A DNA stretch of 64,000 nucleotides from Candidatus Woesebacteria bacterium (GTDB taxonomy: Bacteria; Patescibacteriota; Microgenomatia; UBA8517). A program made the translations under genes and the position numbers. Under the pieces are notes generated by a model, which was not told the DNA's origin, did not search any database, and saw only the letters and a list, made by a program, of their open reading frames with translations. The first letter of the stretch is position 1. The number at the start of each line of letters is the position of its first letter. The stretch lies in NCBI GenBank assembly GCA_003484955.1, contig DMZH01000002.1, forward strand, positions 211,496 through 275,495. The letters run 5' to 3'. Below, piece by piece: positions 19,090 to 29,140 of the stretch.

Positions 19090-19163
19090 TGGAGCGGGTA
19101 GGGGGAATCGAACCCCCGTCAAAAGCTTGGAAAGCTCCTATTCTACCATTGAACCATACCCGC
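19090..19163 (-). tRNA. tRNA-Gly (TCC), CCA encoded
   Basis: Hand-folded: acceptor GCGGGTA/TACCCGC, anticodon loop TTTCCAA, T-arm GGGGG/TTCGATT/CCCCC, then CCA. Confidence 0.85.
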
Positions 19164-19200
19164 GAGGACATCGATATTATATCAAATTTTTAATTTTATG

Positions 19201-19273
19201 TCGGAGTGCCCGGACTCGAACCGGGGACCTCCACGTCCCAAACGTGGCGCTCTACCATCTGAGCCACACTCCG
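19201..19273 (-). tRNA. tRNA-Pro (TGG)
   Basis: Acceptor CGGAGTG/CACTCCG, anticodon stem CCACG/CGTGG with loop TTTGGGA. Confidence 0.8.
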
Positions 19274-19277
19274 ATTG

Positions 19278-19361
19278 TGCCGAGGGCGGGACTCGGACCC
19301 GCATGAGTTATGCACTCGAGGGCTCTTAAGGCCCTTGCGTATACCATTTCGCCACCTCGGC
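19278..19361 (-). tRNA. tRNA-Leu (TAA), type II with long variable arm
   Basis: Acceptor GCCGAGG/CCTCGGC, anticodon loop CTTAAGA, variable arm about 15 nt. Confidence 0.85.
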
Positions 19362-19387
19362 TCGTGCATATTTTACCATGGAGAAAG

Positions 19388-20992
19388 TTATTTCGCAGCC
19401 GCGGCTTCTAAAAATTTAACAAAAAGCGGGTGGGGGGAAAGAGCTCGGCTTATATATTCAGGGTGGTACTGTGTTCCCACAAAAAATTTATGACCCTTCA
19501 GTTCAATCGCTTCAACCAAATTTCCGTCGGGAGATGTGCCTGAAATTACAAAGCCAGCTTTTTCAAACCGCTCACGATATTTATTATTAAACTCATATCT
19601 GTGCCTGTGCCTTTCGTTCAATACGAGATTTTTACGGTAAATTTTCTCCAATAAGGTGCCTTTTTTAATTTTTAAAGGCCAGGCACCAAGTCTTATGGTT
19701 CCGCCAAATCTTTTGCTTTTTATGAGTTCCTTTTGATAATCCATTGCGTGAATTACCGGATGCTTTGTACCATCTCCGGCCTCCTCCGTGTTAGCGTCCT
19801 TAAATCCAAGAACGTGTCTGGCAAATTCGATAGTTGCCATTTGCATCCCGAAACAAAGACCCAAATAAGGGATTCCCTTTTCTCTGGCATATTTGATAGC
19901 CCTGACTTTTCCTTCAATCCCACGTTTTCCCCAACCCTGAGGAACCAAGACTGCGTCCATCCCATCAAGGTTCATGTTAACGTCTTCCGAATCAATCCAG
20001 TTTAATTTAATACCGATTCCGGTTTTGGCAGAGGCGTGTTTTAATGCCTCAACAACGCTCACATAGCTATCCTGAAGAATATAATCGCCGCTTCTTTGAT
20101 ATTTGCCCACAATTCCTATTTGAACGGTTTTCTCCTTCTTTTTATCTACATTCTGAACCATCTCCTTCCACTTTTGTAAATCAGACTTGCCGATCTTTAG
20201 GCTCAACTTTTTCAAAATTTTCAGATCCAGTTTCTCTTTCTTAAGGAATAACGGCACTTTATAAACGGAATCCAAATCGGGATTACTGATAATATTTTCA
20301 ACCGGAAGTCCCGACGCGAGAGCAATTTTTTCCTTTCTTTTATCATCAACCGGCTTTTCGGCTCTGCCAACTACAAAGTCGGGCATTATGCCCAATGAAT
20401 TTAATGTGGAAATTGACTGTTGAAGAGGTTTACTTTTCAACTCTCCAATATTTCCCGGTGCGGGAAGGTAGCCTACATGTACAAGAACAACATCTTTCGG
20501 CGCCTGAAGTTTTAATCTGCGGTAAGCTTCAAAAAAAAGAAGCCCTTCATATTCACCAACTGTACCGCCAAGTTCAACTATAACAATATCGGCCTTACCC
20601 GCCTCACCGGCTTTACGCCATCTGTTTACGATCTCAGGCGGAATATGATGGTATGGCTCAACACATTTTCCTTCGTATTCTAATGCCCTCTCTTTATCTA
20701 AAACCCACTTGTAAACCTGGCCATTGGTCATGTAATTGGCTTTTGAAAGGCTAACACCCAGAAATCTTTCATAATGTCCGAGATCCTGGTCGGTTTCCAA
20801 TCCATCTTGAGTCACAAAGACTTCACCATGTTCCAGAGGGTTCATAGTTCCTGCATCGATATTTAGATACATATCGCACTTCATTATGGTAACCTTGTAG
20901 CCTCTTGATTGGAGAAGAAGACCGAGAGAGGCGGCGGTAATGCCTTTGCCAAGGCCTGAAAGGACTCCGCCGGAAACGAGAATATACTTCAC
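19388..20992 (-). CDS. pyrG: CTP synthase (GTG start)
   Basis: N-terminal KYILVSGGVLSGLGKGITAASLG. Glutamine amidotransferase C-terminal domain (GLCFGMQ). 534 aa. Confidence 0.95.
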   Translation of the reverse strand: MKYILVSGGVLSGLGKGITAASLGLLLQSRGYKVTIMKCDMYLNIDAGTMNPLEHGEVFVTQDGLETDQDLGHYERFLGVSLSKANYMTNGQVYKWVLDKERALEYEGKCVEPYHHIPPEIVNRWRKAGEAGKADIVIVELGGTVGEYEGLLFFEAYRRLKLQAPKDVVLVHVGYLPAPGNIGELKSKPLQQSISTLNSLGIMPDFVVGRAEKPVDDKRKEKIALASGLPVENIISNPDLDSVYKVPLFLKKEKLDLKILKKLSLKIGKSDLQKWKEMVQNVDKKKEKTVQIGIVGKYQRSGDYILQDSYVSVVEALKHASAKTGIGIKLNWIDSEDVNMNLDGMDAVLVPQGWGKRGIEGKVRAIKYAREKGIPYLGLCFGMQMATIEFARHVLGFKDANTEEAGDGTKHPVIHAMDYQKELIKSKRFGGTIRLGAWPLKIKKGTLLEKIYRKNLVLNERHRHRYEFNNKYRERFEKAGFVISGTSPDGNLVEAIELKGHKFFVGTQYHPEYISRALSPHPLFVKFLEAAAAK

Positions 20993-21149
20993 CTTGGAAC
21001 TACTTATACATAAAATGAGGAGGGAGTGTCAAGAACAAAAATGGTGCGCCTGGGAAGAATATGAAATTGTGAAATTTCATATATCTTACTTCGCTTTGTA
21101 ACTCAAATAAATTTTCGTTAGTCGCGAAGAGCGTTATCGAACTCCCTTG

Positions 21150-21223
21150 TGCGTCCAGCAAGAATCGAACTTGCAACCTTCCGTTCCGAAGACGGACGCT
21201 CTATCCAATTGAGCTATGGACGC
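21150..21223 (-). tRNA. tRNA-Arg (TCG)
   Basis: Acceptor GCGTCCA/TGGACGC, anticodon loop CTTCGGA. Confidence 0.85.
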
Positions 21224-21249
21224 ATGGTTCTGGTACAATTATACCTGAA

Positions 21250-22326
21250 ATGTTAACCATAGACGAACAAATTAAGGAAATACAGGAAGTTTTAAGAAAA
21301 ACTCCACATCACAAGGCCACAAACGGGTTTATTGGTGCAATGAGAGCCAAAATTGCAAGACTCAAGGATAGGGAAATTGAACAGTCGGGGAAACGCGGTG
21401 GAGGCGGCGGAGGATACCAGGTTAAAAAACAAGGTGATGCCACGGTTGTTATTGTGGGACCCCCTTCTGCAGGTAAATCAACTCTTATTAATCAGATGAC
21501 CAACGCCGAAAGCAAGGTCGCGCCGTATGCTTTCACTACCGTTACCGTAATCCCGGGCATGCTCAAATACAACGAAGCCTATATCCAAATACTTGATATT
21601 CCCGGGCTTATTGAGGGAGCAAAAGAAGGCAAAGGAAGAGGACGTGAGGTTTTATCAGTTGCAAGAGGGGCAGATCTTCTTTTAATAATGACCGATGTCA
21701 AAAGGGTTGATGCTTTTTCCGGAATGATGGATGAGCTCTTGGGTGCCGGAATTAGAATCAATGAAAATCCTCCAAAGGTTTTGATTGATAAAAAAACCAG
21801 TGGGGGGTTGGATATATTTTCCAATATTAAACAGAGTATAGATAAAGAAACTATAAAAGAAATTGCCCGTGAATACGGAATAAAAAATGGCACAATCACC
21901 CTTCAGGAAAAAATAACTCTTGAGCGCCTTTTTGATGCCTTTTCGGAAAATAGAGTTTATGTTCCTGCAATTTTTGTAATTAATAAAGTTGATGAAAAAC
22001 CTGATTACAAAGAAGTAATAGACGGCGAATATGTGGCAATAAGCGCCGACAGGGGTGAAGGAGTTTCAGAGCTGATACAGGAGATCTGGAAAGCGCTCAG
22101 GTTTATTACCGTTTACCTGGTAAAGCCCGAGGAGGATTTGGGTATGGGAAATCCAATTGTTATGAAAGAAGGGGAAACCTTGAAAGATGTTGCTCTAAAA
22201 ATTGGCCCCGATTTTACCGAAAGTAAAAAGCTTGTTAAAATTTGGGGAGGCGGCGCAAAATTTGCCGGACAGGAAGTTTCCTTTGATACAAAAGTAAAAG
22301 AAGGGATGCAGGTTAGATTTATATAA
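21250..22326 (+). CDS. DRG-family (archaeo-eukaryotic type) GTPase with C-terminal TGS domain
   Basis: N-terminal helix HHKATNGFIGAMRAKIARLK. G1 GPPSAGKST, G3 DIPGLIEGA, and KGRGREVLSVARGADLLLIM. 358 aa. Confidence 0.75.
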   Translation: MLTIDEQIKEIQEVLRKTPHHKATNGFIGAMRAKIARLKDREIEQSGKRGGGGGGYQVKKQGDATVVIVGPPSAGKSTLINQMTNAESKVAPYAFTTVTVIPGMLKYNEAYIQILDIPGLIEGAKEGKGRGREVLSVARGADLLLIMTDVKRVDAFSGMMDELLGAGIRINENPPKVLIDKKTSGGLDIFSNIKQSIDKETIKEIAREYGIKNGTITLQEKITLERLFDAFSENRVYVPAIFVINKVDEKPDYKEVIDGEYVAISADRGEGVSELIQEIWKALRFITVYLVKPEEDLGMGNPIVMKEGETLKDVALKIGPDFTESKKLVKIWGGGAKFAGQEVSFDTKVKEGMQVRFI

Positions 22327-22327
22327 T

Positions 22328-23170
22328 ATGGAATTTTTCGAATTAATTGATAGCGGTGATGGTGGGCGCCTTGAGCGTTATGGAGAATACTTACTTGACA
22401 GACCTGACCCCCAAATTATTTGGAAAAAATCACTTTCGCTTCCTGAATGGGAAAAGTGCGATGCCTATTTTAAAAGAATTAGTGAGGACAAAGGCGAGTG
22501 GGTCATCAAAACTAAAATCCCCGAAAGTTGGGGACTTGAATACAACGGGGTTAAGTTTTTAGCAAAGCTTTCTCCTTTTAAGCACACCGGAGTTTTTCCT
22601 GAACAAGCTCCTCAGTGGGACTACATCTATAAAAAAATAAAGGATGAGAGTAGAGACGTAAACGTGTTGAATATATTTGCGTACACCGGAATTGCTTCAC
22701 TTTTTGCTGCCAAGGCCGGAGCTAAAGTAACTCATGTTGATTCCAGTAAGCCCGCAATAACCTGGGCCAATGAAAATAGAGCCTTAAATGGGATGAGTGA
22801 TTCACCTATCAGATGGATTATCGACGACGCTATCAAATTTACAAGTCGGGAGATTAAAAGGGGAGCTAAATATGATGCAATCATCATGGATCCGCCGGCT
22901 TATGGACACGGGCCCGCCGGTGAGGTTTGGGATTTTAATAAAGATTTCCCGACACTCCTGTCAAACTGCAAACAAATTTTATCATACAGTCCGCTTTTTG
23001 TTCTGGCAAACGCCTATGCCATCTCATCCTCATCAATCACACTGGCAAACACTCTCAATGACTATTTTGGAAGTCTTGGAGGACAAATTGAAAATGGGGA
23101 ACTAACTTTAAAAGAAAAATCCGCGGGCAGACTTCTTTCCACCGGAATTTGGGCAAGGTGGAGTAAATAG
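22328..23170 (+). CDS. Class I SAM-dependent methyltransferase, RlmI/RlmK-like without PUA domain
   Basis: Motif I (VLNIFAYTGIASLFAA) and motif IV (IIMDPPAYGHG). Confidence 0.6.
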   Translation: MEFFELIDSGDGGRLERYGEYLLDRPDPQIIWKKSLSLPEWEKCDAYFKRISEDKGEWVIKTKIPESWGLEYNGVKFLAKLSPFKHTGVFPEQAPQWDYIYKKIKDESRDVNVLNIFAYTGIASLFAAKAGAKVTHVDSSKPAITWANENRALNGMSDSPIRWIIDDAIKFTSREIKRGAKYDAIIMDPPAYGHGPAGEVWDFNKDFPTLLSNCKQILSYSPLFVLANAYAISSSSITLANTLNDYFGSLGGQIENGELTLKEKSAGRLLSTGIWARWSK

Positions 23171-23310
23171 TTGTGAGTGAGCCACAGTTACGTCGTTTCG
23201 AACCAAATTATATCTCAGTTAATAGATATTGTGAAAGATTGGCAAAGAATGTTTAACCCAAACTACAGCTACAACTTAAAAATAGTCTCATATGATATAC
23301 TATCGGCAAT

Positions 23311-24804
23311 ATGAAAATTTGGGGAGACCAAAAAGATCTGGATCTGCTTTTGGTAAACGCTCCACTCTCGGATTATTCGAAGCCACATCCCGAATATACT
23401 GTTTTTCAACCACCAATTGGGTTATCCACACTTGCATCTTATCTTGGAAGAAGGGGCTTTAAAGTAGCTGTTTGGGATGACGATACCGATAAGGTCTCGC
23501 CGCAAGGTATAGTGGAGGGTATTCTGGGTATCAAACCAAGGTGGGTCGGTTTTAACACCTTTACTTCTGGTTTTGAAATACTAGACGACATTCTGGAAAG
23601 GATCAACCATGTCTCTCCTGAGACAAAGGTAATGTTGGGTGGTATTCATGCAACAGTTGCAGGTGAAGACTTTTTGAATACAGATCGACCTAATCAAATA
23701 ATTGTTAGAAGTGATGGTGAATTAAAAGTGGAAGCCCTTCTTAATAGAAATAATCTTGCTGATATCCCCGGAATTAGCTATATTTTTGGGAATGAAGTCA
23801 GGATTAACAAAGAAAACGATCAATGGCTGGTACAAGAGATTGACAATCCGCTTTTTTCTCTAGACAGAAGATTCGTTCCATATGATCCCACACTTGGAAA
23901 TTTATCGCCTGATGGTAAAAGAAGGGCGTTTATTGCCTCATCACGGGGGTGTCCTTATGAATGTACATATTGTTCTTCATCAAGACTAGCAAGAGAAAAT
24001 ACCGCTGTAAGATTCAGATCTCCCCAGAGCGTTGTTAATGAAGTAAAAGAAATAATTTCAACTGGAGTTCTAGACATTAAATTTAATGATGAGTTGGTTT
24101 GGGCGTCCGAAGGAAGAATTAAGCAAATTTTGGGTGGAGTGCTTCAAATGGGATTTGGAAGGGAAATGGGTTTACAAATTAGGGGTAATGGTAGAGCGAA
24201 CATTATCGCAAATTGTAGCGATGAAACAATTAGCTTGATGGCCGATGCGGGTGTGAGAAGAGTTGGTTTTGGAGTTGAACAAGGTACAAAAGAAGGCATG
24301 AGCAAATTAAAAAAACACCTAACCCCAGAGGAGGTAATAAATGCAACATCGAGACTAGCCGAAAAGGGTATACCTGCTCTTGCTAATTTTATGTTTAATA
24401 TTCCAGGCGAGGATGAAAGAGAAGAAAAGGCAACAGTAGCACTAGCCAAGGAATTAATTTATATTGGAAGAAAATATGATGTTCCTATCGAAATTGACGG
24501 GTATCCATACCGTCCATATCCGGGAACAGAAATGTATGAAAATTTGATTAGAGTGGGTTACAAAAAAGAAGACCTGACAAAAGTTGTGCAAACTGAAGGT
24601 GTGACTGGGGGTGGGAGTCATCTCCAAGTGGAACCTTACGTTCACTTGTCTGCCGTCAGTCTGGAAAGGGAGAGAGAACATAGATATATGTTCGATAGTT
24701 TAACTGAGATGTCAAATGAAGAATTACACAAATTAGACAATAAGTATAACGTCAGTATCTGTTTAGAAAGAAATAGGACACTCGGGGCCGAGAGAGGTGA
24801 ATAG
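23311..24804 (+). CDS. B12-binding radical SAM protein
   Basis: N-terminal cobalamin-binding-like domain and a CxxxCxxC cluster (SSRGCPYECTYCSSS). 497 aa. Confidence 0.8.
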   Translation: MKIWGDQKDLDLLLVNAPLSDYSKPHPEYTVFQPPIGLSTLASYLGRRGFKVAVWDDDTDKVSPQGIVEGILGIKPRWVGFNTFTSGFEILDDILERINHVSPETKVMLGGIHATVAGEDFLNTDRPNQIIVRSDGELKVEALLNRNNLADIPGISYIFGNEVRINKENDQWLVQEIDNPLFSLDRRFVPYDPTLGNLSPDGKRRAFIASSRGCPYECTYCSSSRLARENTAVRFRSPQSVVNEVKEIISTGVLDIKFNDELVWASEGRIKQILGGVLQMGFGREMGLQIRGNGRANIIANCSDETISLMADAGVRRVGFGVEQGTKEGMSKLKKHLTPEEVINATSRLAEKGIPALANFMFNIPGEDEREEKATVALAKELIYIGRKYDVPIEIDGYPYRPYPGTEMYENLIRVGYKKEDLTKVVQTEGVTGGGSHLQVEPYVHLSAVSLEREREHRYMFDSLTEMSNEELHKLDNKYNVSICLERNRTLGAERGE

Positions 24805-24811
24805 TATTTAT

Positions 24812-25345
24812 TTACTTGTAGTATTCACTATTTAGAAACGGAACAAGAGCAAAAATGATTGCTTGAGAGAAAACTCCAGCTCTTTTAACTTTACCCTTTG
24901 TCAATAATCCAACTGTACCTTCCTTTTCTCCACTATCTTCTCTTTTGAATACTAAAGCGTCGGCCTGTCCTTGTTCCATGCCACCCTTAATTAGCTCAGC
25001 TATTTTTTGCGGAAGTCTAAACTCAATAGTCTTTGAGAGTCCTAATTTATCATTTTGATCAACTATAGCAACCCAACCAAATGACCACAGGCCGTCATCT
25101 CTAAATTCGACACCTGATTCAAGTCCGACGCCATAACTCGCACCAGAATAAGTACTCAAAGCGTTTTTTGCCCTATTTATAGCACCATTTTTAGTGTCGG
25201 TATTTGTTTTTGGTTGTGAGTCGACACCAGAAGAAATATCCACACCAACAACTTCAGCGTCAGGATAAAAATCCTTGACTACGGAACCAACAGCATCAAT
25301 CTTTATTTTGTTTTTAGTTCCTACAGCAAAAGTTGGTGTTTTCAT
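24812..25345 (-). CDS. YjjX-like non-canonical purine NTP phosphatase (inosine/xanthosine triphosphatase family)
   Basis: Collinear with E. coli YjjX by recalled alignment (AVGTKNKIKIDAV..., conserved acidic residues, C-terminal VPFLN). Confidence 0.55.
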   Translation of the reverse strand: MKTPTFAVGTKNKIKIDAVGSVVKDFYPDAEVVGVDISSGVDSQPKTNTDTKNGAINRAKNALSTYSGASYGVGLESGVEFRDDGLWSFGWVAIVDQNDKLGLSKTIEFRLPQKIAELIKGGMEQGQADALVFKREDSGEKEGTVGLLTKGKVKRAGVFSQAIIFALVPFLNSEYYK

Positions 25346-25347
25346 TT

Positions 25348-26307
25348 TTAGTGAGTATTGTTTTTCAGTGTACTAGAAACCAGTCTCAATTGAAAGTATT
25401 TTACAATCCCAGCGAAATTACCCAATATGCTTGCAAAAGAAACATTTGGTGGAAGTGGATATGAACCAGTAAAACTTCTCATAAACCGTAATGTGTTTTG
25501 ACCTATTCTATAAAAGATCTGGAAGAAACTTCTTATATCACCAAATTCAAAAAGAAACTTGAGATGGATAGCTGTATCACTAATGCCATAGGAAAACATT
25601 TTATTTTTTAAAGAGGAAAACGTTTTTGGATGTTCATGAGCGTTAACAGCTGTTGGATCATAAATGGCAGTAAATCCATTTCTGAGTACTTTATACGTAA
25701 TATCCAAATCTCCCCCTGCGCCATCGACAAAAGCCCCGGGCCCAAATCTCTCATCGTGAAACCCAATTTTTTCAAGTACTTTTCTGGGCATTACATGATT
25801 AGAACCTGCTGTACAAAGATTAACTGGAACACCTCTAAGTCTGAATTTATTAAAGAAGTCTTTTCCTAAAATAAGTTTTCGATCGCCTTTATTTAGAGCA
25901 CCCTTTTTCTCCCAACGAGTTTGAACATCTGATTCTATATTGAACAATTTAACTTTACCGGAAACATAGCCAACCTTATCAGATGTGAAATTTGACTTTA
26001 AAGTTTTAAGCCAGTCTGGACTCAAAATGATATTGTCCTGGTCAACAAAGGCAACGTATTTGGAAGATGTATTTTTTAGGGCATAATTTAATGCTGCCAT
26101 TTTTCCTACTCCATCTGTTCTCAGGTATGTAACAGGATATTCCGAACAGAGTTTTTTAACATCAGAAGTTGAACACCCGTCGTCTACAACAACAACTCCG
26201 TAGTCTTTATTGTCAAAATACTTGTTAGTTTCCAATGAATCCAACAGCCTTTTAATAATATGCGTGTTTTCAAGTTTAACTGGAACAAAAATCAAAGTAT
26301 CATTCAT
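25348..26307 (-). CDS. Family 2 glycosyltransferase
   Basis: GT-A motifs (VVVVDDGCSTSD, then DQD). Confidence 0.7.
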   Translation of the reverse strand: MNDTLIFVPVKLENTHIIKRLLDSLETNKYFDNKDYGVVVVDDGCSTSDVKKLCSEYPVTYLRTDGVGKMAALNYALKNTSSKYVAFVDQDNIILSPDWLKTLKSNFTSDKVGYVSGKVKLFNIESDVQTRWEKKGALNKGDRKLILGKDFFNKFRLRGVPVNLCTAGSNHVMPRKVLEKIGFHDERFGPGAFVDGAGGDLDITYKVLRNGFTAIYDPTAVNAHEHPKTFSSLKNKMFSYGISDTAIHLKFLFEFGDIRSFFQIFYRIGQNTLRFMRSFTGSYPLPPNVSFASILGNFAGIVKYFQLRLVSSTLKNNTH

Positions 26308-26312
26308 ATAAA

Positions 26313-26900
26313 TTACCTTTCTTCGTGCAATTTATCCAGAAATATCTTTAATTGTTCTTGTAGATAAACCAGCGGTTTTGTTCCATCTAATCGAACTAAT
26401 GGAACATCCGCTTCTATGGTGCTTAAGTATTGTTCATATTGAAACAACATTTTATCAGTGTGAGTCATCCATAAATTGCGTTCGTCGAATGGCCTCCCGT
26501 TTATTTTAGCCCTTTCTCTTGAAATTTCCGGTGGTACGTCGATAAAAATGTAATAGTCTGGTTTAAAAATTGTTTTCCCTATATTTTTTTCCACCCACCC
26601 CTTTACTTTAAAGCCTGAACCATCTTGCCTGATCTCTTCCATTGTTGTATAAAAAACCAGAGTTGATAAGTAACCTCTATCCATGAGTATGGTTCCAGAA
26701 CAATCCTTCGTTTTCGCAAATTTTATTTCATCGTTCTGCATGAAATATTCTGGTATGGGATTTTGTAGATCGCGTGGAACAGATCTCACTACACAGACAC
26801 AATTATTATTCGAGGCTGTTGAATCAACAAGAGACGTCTTTCCACTACAAGAAAGGCCTTCAAATATGACTAATTTTTGACGGTGGTTTTCTACACCCAT
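26313..26900 (-). CDS. Thymidylate-kinase-like P-loop nucleoside/nucleotide kinase
   Basis: Walker A IFEGLSCSGKTS and a DRGYLST motif (compare TMK DRYxxS). Confidence 0.55.
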   Translation of the reverse strand: MGVENHRQKLVIFEGLSCSGKTSLVDSTASNNNCVCVVRSVPRDLQNPIPEYFMQNDEIKFAKTKDCSGTILMDRGYLSTLVFYTTMEEIRQDGSGFKVKGWVEKNIGKTIFKPDYYIFIDVPPEISRERAKINGRPFDERNLWMTHTDKMLFQYEQYLSTIEADVPLVRLDGTKPLVYLQEQLKIFLDKLHEER

Positions 26901-27011
26901 TTTATAAAAACTATGGGTATTTTAGCATAAGTGGGTAAAAACTCAATATTTTTAATTTTCTCAAAAAACATACAATTTTGGTATATATTTGGTATATAAT
27001 TTCAGACTGAG

Positions 27012-27521
27012 ATGGAATTTTTAAAAATATTTTCCTCAACGGAACGGGCAATAAAGGCTCAACTTTCAGATCTAGATAAAAAACTTGCTGAGAACTCTAG
27101 AGAATTGGGAAAGCTGGGTCATGATGGCGACATGATCGATGATCCGTTTATGTTTCAGTTGCACGAGGAACGTAATCAGCTATTAAAACAAAAGGGTGAG
27201 CTTGGAAGCAGTCTTTCTTGTGGTGTTGTTACTAGTGAAACCCTAAATAGACAGGATACAGTTTCGCTTGGACATAGAGTCAAAGTTGATGTAACTTATC
27301 CAAATAACGAAACTGAGATTATCGATATTACTCTTGGCTCAAAGTTCGATCAGAAATACCATAACAAAGATGAGGATGAACAAATAGTTTCGAACGATAG
27401 TCCTTTGGGAAAAGCCTTATTCGGCAAAAAGATCGGGGACGAAGCTGAATACGAGGGTGGGGATGGTAAAAAGGGCAAGATAAAAGTTTTAGGAATATTA
27501 ACATCTCGATTTACAAAATAG
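27012..27521 (+). CDS. greA: Transcription elongation factor GreA-like
   Basis: N-terminal coiled coil and a C-terminal FKBP-like motif (VSNDSPLGKALFGKKIGDEAEYE). Confidence 0.7.
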   Translation: MEFLKIFSSTERAIKAQLSDLDKKLAENSRELGKLGHDGDMIDDPFMFQLHEERNQLLKQKGELGSSLSCGVVTSETLNRQDTVSLGHRVKVDVTYPNNETEIIDITLGSKFDQKYHNKDEDEQIVSNDSPLGKALFGKKIGDEAEYEGGDGKKGKIKVLGILTSRFTK

Positions 27522-27629
27522 ATTATTATTTCAATCACCCTTTATTTTTACTAATCTAAGAGTCCGAATCCACTTGGGGTGCTGCCATTTTTAACAAGAT
27601 CTTGAAATTAAACTTCCTCAAAAATCGTG

Positions 27630-27701
27630 TGAGCCCAGATGGATTCGAACCATCGACCTTTTCCTTAAGAGGGAATTGCTCTACCGCTGAGCTATGGGCC
27701 C
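27630..27701 (-). tRNA. tRNA-Lys (CTT)
   Basis: Acceptor GGGCCCA/TGGGCTC (one G-U pair), anticodon loop CTCTTAA. Confidence 0.8.
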
Positions 27702-29083
27702 TTAATAACACTTCGGAGATATCCGCCTATTCTAGCAAAAAATGATTGTATTTGCATTTTATCGGCTTTAACAATCAAACCTTCTATTGTAAAGCTATTG
27801 GTAATCCTTTTATTGTCCTTGTTTGCAAGGTAAACCGACTTAATCAAAATCCCTCTATTTTGCTCGGTAGAAGCTCTAAAAATCATCAAGCCGGTCCTTG
27901 TTGGTTCAATATCGAAAAGCAAATTGTTCTTGAAGATTAAACTACCATCATCACTTACCACTTTTGTGTTATTTGCACCCCAAATGGATTGACCTGTATT
28001 TTTAGCCAACACCATCCCCACAAAATCTGATTCCTTAAGAAGAATTGGCTGTGCCAAGGCTCCAAGAATTTGACCGCTTTCAATTTGGGTCGGATCCCCT
28101 GCAATCTTTGGAATATTTTTATAAATTTCGAAATATGGATAAAACAATCCGTCACTTTTTTTCCACGAGAACTCTGAAAATGGGGGGTTGGGATAATTTA
28201 ATATAAAGGGAGTCACCGCAACAATACGCTTATCGTTCCAGATATTTTTAAAGGCGTAATCATACATTCCGCCAATTTTCTCAGAATCAACTTTTTCATT
28301 TGACCACCCGGTTTCGGTAATAAAAATCGGTAAATCTTTATAAATTCCAAGCGATCTTAGATAGTTTAACTCCCAATTGAAGGTATTGACGGTTCCACGT
28401 CCTGTGTCGGTGACCTGCCCGGAAAAATCCGGGTTGGGATATGAGTGAGACGTCCATCCATCAAGATGGTCAAAAAGATTCGGTTCGGAATTCATCATCC
28501 TATCAATGAATACAGCTTCATCCATAGTATCTTTCGTATTTTTAGCAGAAGCATCAAATCCCGCCGGCAATACAAAAAAGTCTCCTGAAGCCTGATGTAG
28601 TTTTTCGGCAAAATTCAATAAATAAGTTGAGTAAGAAGCGGGATCAATTTTTCCACCCCATTCTTTGGAATGATTTGGTTCATTACCGATAATTACATAT
28701 CTGTTTTGGACAACCCAATTAAGTGAATTTAAAAAGGCGATCCAGTTGTTTATTTCTGCATCATTTGGAATTTGCCAGTTGTCACCATCCACTTTTGTTG
28801 CAATTCTAACAATGGGAATTAAATGAAGCCTTCTCATCTGATCGAATGTCTGTTGCCATCGATCATGATTACGCTCAGCCTCGGTTATAACAAAAGTTAC
28901 ATAACCCCAGTCTCCTTCGGTAGAATTAACTAACAAAGATGCATCTTTAAGTTCGTTTTCATTATTAATATGGATACCAAATTTATTGTTAGGAACAGCC
29001 GTAGGGTTTTTTTCAGCTAAAACCCAGGAATGTGTGCTAAAAAATATAATAGAGGATAAAATAATTGCAAAAAACTTTTTCAT
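27692..29083 (-). CDS. Secreted glycoside hydrolase, clan GH-A-like (GH5-type motifs)
   Basis: Signal peptide. Acid/base motif IGNEPN and nucleophile motif ITETGW in the order expected for clan GH-A (TIM barrel). Confidence 0.55.
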   Translation of the reverse strand: MKKFFAIILSSIIFFSTHSWVLAEKNPTAVPNNKFGIHINNENELKDASLLVNSTEGDWGYVTFVITEAERNHDRWQQTFDQMRRLHLIPIVRIATKVDGDNWQIPNDAEINNWIAFLNSLNWVVQNRYVIIGNEPNHSKEWGGKIDPASYSTYLLNFAEKLHQASGDFFVLPAGFDASAKNTKDTMDEAVFIDRMMNSEPNLFDHLDGWTSHSYPNPDFSGQVTDTGRGTVNTFNWELNYLRSLGIYKDLPIFITETGWSNEKVDSEKIGGMYDYAFKNIWNDKRIVAVTPFILNYPNPPFSEFSWKKSDGLFYPYFEIYKNIPKIAGDPTQIESGQILGALAQPILLKESDFVGMVLAKNTGQSIWGANNTKVVSDDGSLIFKNNLLFDIEPTRTGLMIFRASTEQNRGILIKSVYLANKDNKRITNSFTIEGLIVKADKMQIQSFFARIGGYLRSVIKGP

Positions 29084-29140
29084 AGATTACATTGTAACAA
29101 TTATTTGACAAACTCTGAAACTATAATAGAATAGAGTCCC

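Noticed and set aside
19076-19493. ORFs 19076..19306 and 19275..19493 on the plus strand
   Set aside because: They are translations across the minus-strand tRNA-Gly/Pro/Leu genes (Arg/Pro/Gly-rich from GC-rich tRNA sequence), not proteins.
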